A DNA stretch of 64,000 nucleotides from Chiloscyllium plagiosum (taxonomy: Eukaryota), in the NCBI RefSeq assembly GCF_004010195.1, contig NC_057746.1, positions 16,874,820-16,938,819 of the forward strand. The letters run 5' to 3'. The translations under genes were made by a program, and so were the position numbers. Position 1 is the stretch's first letter; every line of letters begins with the position of its first letter. Positions 54,216-64,000 of the stretch are shown here, in pieces. The notes beneath the pieces were generated by a model. The model did not search any database. It was not told the DNA's origin and was given only the letters and a program-made list of their open reading frames with translations.

Positions 54216-54260
54216 CTCAAGTACTAACAGAACTGTCTGAGGATATCATTTCATCAGAAG
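54216..54260 (-). pseudogene. MHC class I gene B cytoplasmic exon, second 45-nt copy (ASDEMISSDSSVST*)
   Basis: tctttccattatcag acceptor, TGA at 54217-54219, gtatga donor. Confidence 0.75.
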
Positions 54261-54497
54261 CTGATAATGGAAAGACAGGCATTAAAAACTGTTCATTATC
54301 AGAGTAAGGGAAAAAAATGAGAAAGAGAGAGCACACATGTGAAAAGAAGAATTGACAGAGAAAGAAAGAGAAAGAGAGAGAAACACACACAGACACACAG
54401 AGAGACAGAGAGAAAGAGACCTCAGAGTCAACCTCTGGATTGCGCAGTTAACACCAACTCAATATCTGTTCCCATTATTGAACAACATTATTTTTAC

Positions 54498-54542
54498 CTG
54501 AGATATTGGTAGAACGGACTGAGGATGATCTTTTGTTGCAAA
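54498..54542 (-). pseudogene. MHC class I gene B cytoplasmic exon, first 45-nt copy (ICNKRSSSVRSTNIS)
   Basis: cttcttccattaacag acceptor, gtaaaa donor, phase 1-1, open frame. Confidence 0.7.
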
Positions 54543-54918
54543 CTGTTAATGGAAGAAGCATTAAAAACCATTCAATATCACAGTGAAACAGAGACAGACA
54601 GGACGAGATGAAGCTCAAGAGGGATAGCAAGAAATGAGAGACAGAAAGACAGAGTGTTAGGCTCATGGAGAAAAGGATGGTGACAAATACACGCATACAC
54701 AGATGGTGAGATATACACAGACAGGCTGAGACACAATGGAGACTGGTACAGCAAGCAAAATGAAAGTAGAAGAGAAAGAAATTCATTGCAAGACAAAGTG
54801 TAACGCGAAAAAATCACAAAGATAGGGAGAGACACAAGTTGTGGAGTATTTCGGACAGAAAAAAAAGAGTAAGTCTCACAGTAACAGAGATCCAGAGATA
54901 TCTGAATTATCAGCTTAC

Positions 54919-54951
54919 TGTTTGCAGGATTATAGCCATTCTTCACTCCCT
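54919..54951 (-). pseudogene. MHC class I gene B 33-nt cytoplasmic exon (EGVKNGYNPAN)
   Basis: ccttgttttatag acceptor, gtaagc donor; GYNPA tyrosine motif as recalled from shark class I tails. Confidence 0.85.
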
Positions 54952-55368
54952 CTATAAAACAAGGAATGCTCAGTGATTGAAAAGAAATAGAATCACTGTT
55001 TAGAGAGGTGGGAACTCCAAATGAAAGGGAGAGATGAATGTGAATCCAGTTGAGATGCCACTCCCAACACCAACCAGAGGCCTCATTCCTTACCCAGACT
55101 CAGCCTCTCCTACCCACATTTCACTGAGCTTCTGATGCTCAACACTGAACTGAGAGCCAGTCCCAATCTGAACTGTCTGACTTTACACTCACAATGTGAG
55201 ACTCTGAACCCTGAGAAAGAGGGTATCATCTCAGACTCAGTGACCCTGAGACAAATCCCTACCTGGACCACCTGCACATAAGCTGGCCTCTTCACCCCAC
55301 TATGAGAAACCCCTCCTCAGACTCTTCGACTCCCAGTTAGGAGCTGCCATTTTCTCACTCACACCTAC

Positions 55369-55473
55369 CTTGCTTCTTGTAAATGACGACATCCACAACA
55401 GCGAGAAAGATGAGCCCGAGGACTCCAAATTAAATCCCGACAGTAACAGAAACCTGGGAGTGAGACTTTGGGA
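55369..55473 (-). pseudogene. MHC class I gene B connecting peptide/TM exon with in-frame TAA
   Basis: 105 nt, phase 1-1, long pyrimidine acceptor and gtaggt donor. Reads VPKSHSQVSVTVGI*FGVLGLIFLAVVDVVIYKKQ; TAA at 55430-55432. Confidence 0.85.
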
Positions 55474-56329
55474 CTGTCACACAGAGAAAGAGAGAGGGGA
55501 GACAGAGAAGAGATGCAACCTGTTAATCCTTTCCTGATACTAGCACACAAGCATGTCTGATACCATCATTGTAAATCTTCTCTGCACCTTCTCCAGTGCC
55601 TCATTATCCTTTGTAGGACATGGATACTTGTCTGCAGTACTCTGCATTATGGCATTACCAAATAAAGAGAGAATTAAAAGGTTCAATGGGATACTGTAAA
55701 CCTCCCTGTCGAAAGCCAAGCCAACCCTCTGTTTGTTTGTTTTTAAAATGGTCTTGCTTTCTTGTGCCAGAATATTTAGAAACTGGTATGTTTGCACTCC
55801 ATGATTTATTTGTTGCTGTAGATCATTTGACAATTATTTGCTCTTTTTAAAAACTTGTTAATGTTCCCCTATAAACTCTTACTGTCCTCCTGACTATTGA
55901 CTATCTCCCAACTTGCACTCATTCACAACTTTGCGAATTATGTTTCTGATCACCAGAATCGCTAACTGATTGGAATATTATATGTTAGCAGACTTGACCA
56001 GACCATTTGATGCATTAGCCTCTACTTCTTGGGATTTTGGATCTCAATTTCCTGTCTTCTATCACTAAAAATTGACTAAAACGTCCTATCTGTACTGTCT
56101 CTCTTCTCACAGAGAACATCTCAGATTCAAGTCTCATTTTCCTGAGACTCCATGGTGTTGCTGTTTCTTAATAAAAATTAATTTTAAGATTTTATTTTTT
56201 AAAAAATGATATTCAGGGACGTGAGCAGGAAGCAGGAGATGGCATTGAGTCAATAATGCTCATTCAGACATCTGGTAAAGCTTGGGATTCTGGGTAATCC
56301 ATGCTGGAGATGGGAAAATGTTATGGCCG

Positions 56330-59300
56330 CAAGAGCTACTCCTTTTTTGAGGTATTTTAGGTGATGGAGGTGATTTCCTCGAATTCCAGGAGCAACAATT
56401 ACTGTTTTATAAGCTGTTGCATTGTTTTGGGACTCTGGGGGACAAGAAGATCAAACTGATTTAAAAAGAAGGAAGACAGATAAAGGCAGTGACCACATGG
56501 TCAGAGAAAGAAACCTATACTGCTATCTGACACAGCAGTGAATCTGCACAGTTACTGCCTTTGCTGTTTGAGTTCAAGTATCACTGGACATCAGGGTGTG
56601 TCTAGGAAAAATTAACAAACAGCAAAATTCACAGCTGACTTTGGAGAAATCTGTGTGAGAGAGCTCACAGTGCAGAAACAGTTAAGTGAATGGTTTTAAG
56701 TGTAGCCTTGCTGTAAAGCTACAACAGTGACAGAGTGGGTTCTTTCTTGATTCACTGAGATCAGTCTCTTGATTAAATCATGAAAATATATGCCGTAAGT
56801 ACTAAGTTAACCTGGATCAGTGTTTTTTTAAGAGCAATAAGACAATGCTAGTTTCTGAGTCTGTAAATTGTGAAGGAGCAAAGATGACTTTTAGTAGAGT
56901 CATGTATTCTTCCTGTTGGATGTGGGAGTTGAGGGAGAGTTTCCATGTTACTGATGATCATGTCTGCAGGAAGTGTCTTTAATTGCAGTGGATTGGTTGG
57001 AGATCCATGTATCGTTTGAAGTGGCATTAGAGGCAATAAGGAATTTATAAGAGCAAGGGGGTGTGATGGATGGCAGGTTGTAGGAAGGGAGAAAAGCCTC
57101 AGATACAGTCAGGTAAATGGGTAGAAGATGAGGCGGATAGTGCAGAAGTCTCCTGTGGCTGTCCCCATCTCAAACAATTATGCTGGTTTGGAAAATGTAG
57201 AGGGTGATGGACCCTCAGTGGAATGTAGCATAAACAGCCAGGTTTCTGGTACCGAGAATAGCTCTAATGTAACGTGGGATACGTCAGATTCCAAGTGATT
57301 GATTGTGACAGGGACTCTCTATCAGAGGCACAGTCAGACATTTCTGCAGACGGCAGTGAAAAGTCAGAATGGTGTGTTGCCTCCCTGCGGCCAGGATCAA
57401 AGATATTACAGAGAGGGTGCAGAATGTTCTCAAAAAACAGGGGGACCAGCAGGAAGTCATTGTACACACCGGAACTAACGACATAGGAAGGAAATCAAGA
57501 TGAGATTCTGAAGTGAGAATAGAGAAAGTTAGGCAGGAACTTAAAAAGGAGGTCCTCAAGGGTAATATTATCTAGATTACTCCTGGTGCTATGAGCTATT
57601 GAGGGTAGGAATTGGAGAACAGAGCAGATGAATGAGTGGCTGACAAGCTGGTGTAGGGGAGGAGGGTTCATATTTTTGGATTATTGGAATCTCTTCTGGA
57701 GTAGAAGTCACCTGGACAAGAAGGACTGATTGCACCTGAATTGGAAGAGGACTAATATACTGGCAGGAAGATTTGCTAGAGCTGATCGGGAGGATTTAAA
57801 CTAGTAAGATAGGAAAGTGGGACCCAGGGAAATAGTGAGGAAAGAGATCAATCTAAGACTAGTACAGTTGGCAAAGGGAGCAAGTCAAACAGGGCAGGTG
57901 GGAACAAAACAGAGAACAAGGTAGGACTGATAAATGCATTTATTTCAATGCAAGAGGCCTAACAGGGAAGGCAAATAGACTCAGGGCATGGTTAGGAACA
58001 TGGGACTGGGATGTCAAAGCAACTACAGAAACATGGTTCAGGGATGGGCAGGACTGGCAGCTTAATGTTCCAGGATACAAATGCCACAGGTAGGATATAA
58101 AGGTGGCCTAAGAGAGGAGAGGGGATGGCATTTTTGACAAGGGATATCATTATGACTGTATTTAGGAAGGATATTCCTGGGAATACACGCAGGGATATTA
58201 TTTGACTGGAACTGAGAAATAAGAAAGGGATGATCACCTGATTGGGATTATATTATTGACCCAACGAGTAGTCAGCGGGAAACTGAGAAACAAATTTGGA
58301 AGGAGATCTCAGTTATTTGTAAGAATAATAGGGTGATTATGGGAGAAGGTTTTAACTTTCCAAACATAGACTGAGACTGCTATAATGTTAAGGGTTTAGA
58401 TGAAGAGGAATTTGTTAAGTGCGTACAAGAAAACTTTCTGATTCAGTATGTGGATGTACCTACTAGAGAAGGTGCAAAACTTGATCAACTCTTGGGAAAT
58501 AAGGCATGACAGGTGACTGAGGTGTCAGTGGGGCAGCATGTTGGGACCAGTGACCACAATTCTATTTGTTTTAAACTAGTGAGGGAAAAGAATAGACCAG
58601 AACTAACAGTTGAAGTTCTAAATTGGAGGAAGTCCAATTTTGACAGTATTCAGCAAGAACTTTCAAAAGCTGCTTGGGGGGCAGAAGCTCGTGGGTAAAG
58701 GTATGGCTGGAAAATGGGAAGTTTTTAAAATGAAATAACGAGAATCCAGAGAAAGTATATTCCTGTTAGGGTGAATGCCAAGGCTGGATGACTTGAGAAA
58801 TTGAGGTTTTGGTTAAGAAAAAGAAGGAAGCATATGTCAGATATAGACAGGAATGATTGAGTGAAGAGTATAAAAGCAGTGGGAGTATACCTAAGAGGGA
58901 AATCAGGAGGCAAAAAAGAGGACATGAGATAGCTTTGACAAATAGGGTTAAGGAGAATTGAAAGGGATTTGATAATTAAATTCAGGACAAAAGGCTAACT
59001 ATGGAGAGAACAGGGCCCCTCAAAGATCAGTAAGGCAGCCAATATGTGGAACTGCAGGAGATGGGGGAAGATACTAAATAAGTATTTTGCACCAGTGTTT
59101 ACTGTGGAGAAGGACATGGGTCTATAAATTGTGAAGGAGCAAAGATGACTTTTAGTAGAGTCATGTGTTCTTCCTGTTGGATGTTGGAGTTGAGGGAGAG
59201 TTTCCATGTTACTGATGATTATGTCTGCAGGAAGTGTCTTTAATTGCAATGGATTGGTTAGAGATCCATGAGTCGGTTGGACTGGCAATAAGAGGCAATA

Positions 59301-60690
59301 AAGGAATTTACAGGAGCAAGGGGGTGTGATGAATTGCAGTTATGGGAAGGGAGAAAACCCACAGATACAGTCAGGTAGATGAGTTAACTCCAGGATGTAG
59401 AATGTGGGGAAGTAGATGGTGGATGCATAATAGGTGGATAAATCCCCAGGACCTAATCAAGTGTCCCCCAAAACACTGTGAGAAGTTAGGGAAATGATTA
59501 CTGGGCCCCTTGCTGATATATTTGTATCATCAATAGTCACAGGTGAGGTGCTAGAAGACCGGAGTTTGGCTAATGTGGTGCCACTATTTGAGATAGGTGG
59601 TGAGGAAAAACCAGGGAACTATAGACTAGTGAGCCTGGCATCAGTGGTGGGCAGGTTGTTGGAGGGAATCCTGAGGGACAGGATTTACATGTATTTGGAA
59701 AGGCAAGGACTGATTAGGAAGGGTCAACATGGCTTTGTGCGTGGGAAATCATGTCTCATGAACTTGATTGAATTTTTTGAAGAAGTAAAGAGGAAATTTA
59801 TGAAGGAGGAGTGGTGGATATGATCTATATGGACTTCAGTAAGGCATTCGGCTGGTTAGCAAGATTAGATCTCAGAAAACAGGGAGAACTAGCCATTTGG
59901 ACACAGAACTGGCTCAAAGATAGAACACAGAGAGTGGTGATGGAGGGTTGCTTTTCAAGCTGGAGGCCTATGACTGGTGGTGTACCACTAGGATCAGTGC
60001 TGATTTTCATCATTTATAAAAATAATTTGGATGTGAACATAAGAGGTATAAATAGTAAGTTTGCAGATGACACCAAATTTGAAGATGTAGTGGACAGTGA
60101 AGAAGGTTACTTCAGATTACAATGAAATCTTGAACAGATGGTCCAATGGGCTGAGTGGTACATGCAGTTAAATTTAGATAAGTGTGAGATGCTGCATTTT
60201 GGAAAGGCAAATCAGAGCAGGATTTATACACTTAATAATTAGGTCCTGAGGAGTGTTGCTGAACAAAGAGACCTTGGGGTGCAGGTTCATAATTCCTTGA
60301 AAGTGGAGTCTCAGGTAGATAAGACATGAAGAAGGCATTTGGTATGCTTTCGTTATTGGTCAGAACATTACGTACAGGAGTTTAGAGGTCGTGTTGTGGC
60401 TGTACAAGACATTGCTTGGGCCATTTTTGGAGTAATGTGTGCAATTCTGGTCTCCTCCCTATCGGAAGGATGTTGTGAAACTTGAAAGGGTCCAGAAAAG
60501 ATTTATAATGATGTTGCCAGGATTGTAGGAGTTGAGCTATCAGTGGAGGCTGAATAGGCTGGGGCTATTTTCCCTGGTTCATCAGAGGCTGAGTGGTGAC
60601 CTTATAAAATCATGACAGGCATGGATAGAATAAACAGACAAGGTATTTTTGCTGGGATGGGGGACTCCAGAACTAAAGGGCATAGGTGAG
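56330..60690 (+). mobile_element. Near full-length decayed CR1 family B copy in the alpha3-TM intron of gene B (antisense to the gene)
   Basis: 5' end matches 9010 onward. RT motifs NYRLVSLASVVGRLLE, QHGFVRGKSCLMNL, YMDFSKAF, FADDTK. Confidence 0.92.
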
Positions 60691-61641
60691 AGGGGAATGG
60701 ACAGCTTGATGAAGGGCTTTTGCCCATAACTTCAATTCTCCCACTCATCGGATGCTGCCTGACCTGCTGTGCTTTGCCAGCACCACACTCTCAACACCTT
60801 ATTCTTAATTTAACTAAATTTAACTAGACTGGGCTATAATTCCTGGATATACTGGATGGTGTTTAACTGTAATAGCCAAGGACACATGGGGACTGGGCAG
60901 GCTTTAATATTCCAGAATTCACTGAACCGTCTAGCTCCAAAATATCTCAAGGCTTCTATTTTTCTTTTTTTAATTCACTCTTACCGGCTGGGCCAGCAAT
61001 TATTGCCAGTCCCCAGTTGCTTGGGAAGGTGGCAGTGAGCTGCTTCTTGAACTGCTGCAGTCCGTGTAAGGAAACCCATAATTTTGTGTCAAAAAGAGAC
61101 TATGATTTTGATCTTGTGACACTGAAAGAATGGCAAGATATTTCCAGGTCAGGACTGTGAGTGGCTTGGAGGGGAACTTACAGGTGGTGGTGTTCCCCTG
61201 TATCTACCACCCTTGTCCTTCCAGGTGGAAGTCATTGTGGGTTTGGAAGGTGCTGTCCGTGGGGCTCTGGTGAATTTGGTGAACTGAGAGGAGATAGTAG
61301 CTCCTGTCAAACTGTAATGTCAAATGATAAAATGTATGTTCTCATCTTGTAATATTCCTGCATATTCCAGGTGTTGGGGTAGCATTATACTCCAGGATAC
61401 ATTGTGTGACACTCTCCTGAAGTATCCCAGGATATACAGGATACCTTGGTACTGTAGAGTCCCAGGATGTATGCCTCAATTACTAATCTCCATAAGTGGC
61501 ATAGCACTTTGACATATTAACAATTATTGTTTTCTCTTTCTCTATCCTGGACTGTTCTGGTGAAGCAGCTCAGCACTGACTCTCCCTCCTGCAATCCTGA
61601 TCTGAGTCTGGTTCCTCTCTAACAGTGAGAATCAGTCTTAC

Positions 61642-61905
61642 CATAAATCACCACCAGCTTCTCCTCCAATCCGCTGTGCTCCACCTGACAAGAATACTCA
61701 GCCTGATCCTCCGGATCAAACTCTATCCATTTCCAGATCTGATAGGTCCTGTCATGATTGGGTAAGATCCCAGTGGACAGGGTCTCATCAATCAACAGTC
61801 CATCCCTCCACAAAATCATCTCGATGGCTTTTGGGTAAAACCCAGTGACGAGACAGGACAGCCAGTTAGAATTACCCAGACGGGTAAAGGACACAATGGG
61901 TGCAA
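61642..61905 (-). pseudogene. MHC class I gene B alpha3 (C1-set Ig) exon, intact frame
   Basis: 264 nt, phase 1-1, ctctctccctcag/gtaaga. Reads VAPIVSFTRLGNSNWLSCLVTGFYPKAIEMILWRDG...ILPNHDRTYQI...YSCQVEHSGLEEKLVVIY. Confidence 0.95.
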
Positions 61906-62077
61906 CTGAGGGAGAGAGAAAGAGGAGTCAGTGCAGGGAGCTCGAGATGAAAAGAAACCTCGAGGTACAGAGTCCAGGACACTACACCCTTCACTGACTC
62001 TCAAACTACCTGTACTCACTGTCTCTCAATGCCACCACCTCCCCTACACCACTTTACATCCTTCCCAACCCACTCAC

Positions 62078-62276
62078 CGACTTTCAGTTCCCTCTGTCCA
62101 TATTCCAGGTATTTCTTCAGCCACTCGACACACTTCTCCTCGAGGTAATGCTTCCACCTCTGCTTGTCCACCACAAACTGGTCCCATTTGTTTTTGATAC
62201 TTTCCGCCTAGGGGACTGGGGTCACCCACACCATGTGATCCTTATCGAAGCTCATCAAAGCTCGTCCATCCCATCC
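62078..62276 (-). pseudogene. MHC class I gene B alpha2 exon, 3' two-thirds only, with in-frame TAG
   Basis: GWDGRALMSFDKDHMVWVTPVP*AESIKNKWDQFVVDKQRWKHYLEEKCVEWLKKYLEYGQRELKV then gtgagt donor; TAG at 62208-62210. Confidence 0.92.
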
Positions 62277-62317
62277 TAATGTGGAGATAATGAAACAGCC
62301 AAAAAAATATTGTTTAT

Positions 62318-62543
62318 NNNNNNNNNNNNNNNNNNNNNNNNNNNNNNNNNNNNNNNNNNNNNNNNNNNNNNNNNNNNNNNNNNNNNNNNNNNNNNNNNNN
62401 NNNNNNNNNNNNNNNNNNNNNNNNNNNNNNNNNNNNNNNNNNNNNNNNNNNNNNNNNNNNNNNNNNNNNNNNNNNNNNNNNNNNNNNNNNNNNNNNNNNN
62501 NNNNNNNNNNNNNNNNNNNNNNNNNNNNNNNNNNNNNNNNNNN
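62318..62543. other. Assembly gap (N run)
   Basis: Run of N. Confidence 1.
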
Positions 62544-63049
62544 TTTCTCCCACCCCCAACTGTCCTTGACAATGTGGCAGCAAGCTGTCGTTTTGGACCA
62601 ATTCAGTCTGTGTGGTGTAGTTACACACATAATGCTGGTCCCAGGTGATAATGTCAATTAACTCCTTTAATTCCAAACTTTGCTAAATTGTGGGAAACCA
62701 GATCAATGATGTAAACCTTTTACTGGAATATTTGTAAACGTTGTATTCCAATTCTGACGCTAACTATACTGAAGCCACTGTTTAATGATCTTTCTACCCC
62801 TCAAGTCATCATTGTGCAACTTTTCAGTGTAGGTACCCAAAATGAGTGGGATTAGATTCTCTACTGGCTGAAAGTTTGAAGTGCTCATTGCCTGAACATT
62901 ATGTGGTGTAGATGTTACCAGCTGCATATTCGTCCCAGCCTGAGTGGTGAAAGACGAGGATGGGATCCTGAGCTTTATTAAGACAGGTATTTCCCAATAG
63001 GTTTGAACTGAATTTCCATCTGAATGGTAATCTCAGTTTTCTCAGAAGA

Positions 63050-64000
63050 GAACCTTGATTAAAGCCTTTGCGGAACATATGAAGAATTGGTCTCAGTGTG
63101 AACGTCCACGTGACAAATCCTGTACCAAACTGGTCCAGATGAACTTCCAATCTATCCTTCCATTAACACCAACAGAAGAATTCTCCCAAATGTGGAAGAC
63201 TTCCCCTACCTGGGAGGCTACATCTCATCTAAGACTGACATCAGTGCTGAGATTCAACATCCCATCCAACCTCTGAGGGCTATCTTCCAATTCCTAAGGA
63301 TGAGAGTCTTTGATGACCAGGATATCAGTGCTGATACCTGGTTCCTCATATATAAAGGAGAAAGTGAGGACTGCCGATACTGGAGATCAGAGCTGAAAAA
63401 TGTGTTGCTGGAAAAGCGCAGCAGGTCAGGCAGCATCAAAGGAACAGGAGAATCGACATTTCGGGCATAAGCCCTTCTTCAGGATTGATTCCTGAAGAAG
63501 GGCTTATGCCCAAAACGTCAATTCTCCTGCTCCTTTGATGCTGCCTGACTTGCTGCGCTTTCCCAGCAACACATTTTTTCAGCTCCTCATATATAAGGCA
63601 GGCATTCTACTTTTCCACATGACTCCAAAACTTTGGACTATATACAGATCACACCTCAAAAACACTTGACAAATCCCATCAAGATTGTTCAAGACAGATA
63701 CTCTGCATCAACTGGGAGCACAAATGTGCTAATATCAACATCCTATTGTGCCAGCATCGAGGCCACTATAATCTGAAACCAACTCTGGCATCCTAAGCAC
63801 ATGGCCAGGCAGAGTTCCTATTGCCAAAAGAAATCATCATCACCCACTTAAGAATGCTTTTGAATAAGAGGCAAAGGAAGCATTTCAAAGACACGCTGAA
63901 GTCTTTGCTCAAGAAATGCAACATAGATATCTTTGCATTGAAGCCCCTCACTCAGAAAAAACGATTTTGGAGGAAACTAACTTTGGAGTGATTTGTACCA
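63050..64000 (+). mobile_element. Decayed RTE-clade LINE 3' region with nested palindromic Penelope pLTR (63356-63583)
   Basis: VEDFPYLGGYISSKTDISAEIQHPIQ...LRMRVFDDQDI. The nested insert is flanked by TSD tcctcatatataa. Confidence 0.75.

Noticed and set aside
55430-61905. Functional secreted MHC class I
   Set aside because: The upstream alpha2 stop and truncation preclude it as assembled; kept only as a conditional hypothesis.
61642-62276. Assigning a gene symbol (UAA or a named non-classical lineage)
   Set aside because: Resemblance to UAA is from memory; lineage cannot be fixed without alpha1 and a phylogeny.

Overview
Vertebrate genomic DNA, almost certainly a shark. This is inferred from HE1-type V-SINEs, shark-type CR1 and Penelope families, and MHC class I exons resembling elasmobranch UAA. 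The window is bracketed by two tail-to-tail MHC class I heavy-chain paralogues. Gene A (+) contributes only its 3' end: TM donor at 3, cytoplasmic exons 569-601 and 935-975, and a 3'UTR exon from 6681. Gene B (-) shows a partial alpha2 exon, alpha3, TM, three cytoplasmic exons and a 3'UTR exon. It has in-frame stops in alpha2 and TM, so it looks like a pseudogene. The ~43 kb between them is mostly decayed, nested transposons: CR1, L2-like, Rex1/Babar, Penelope with minimal hammerhead ribozyme cores, SINEs, LTRs and a Tigger-like MITE. An RTE fragment lies at the far right end. The interval also holds a CpG island (~38.1-39.2 kb) that appears to head an unidentified, splice-phase-compatible, partly decayed multi-exon gene on the minus strand. 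There are two assembly gaps (5058-5104, 62318-62543). All comparisons were made by eye and family names are from recall, not database searches.
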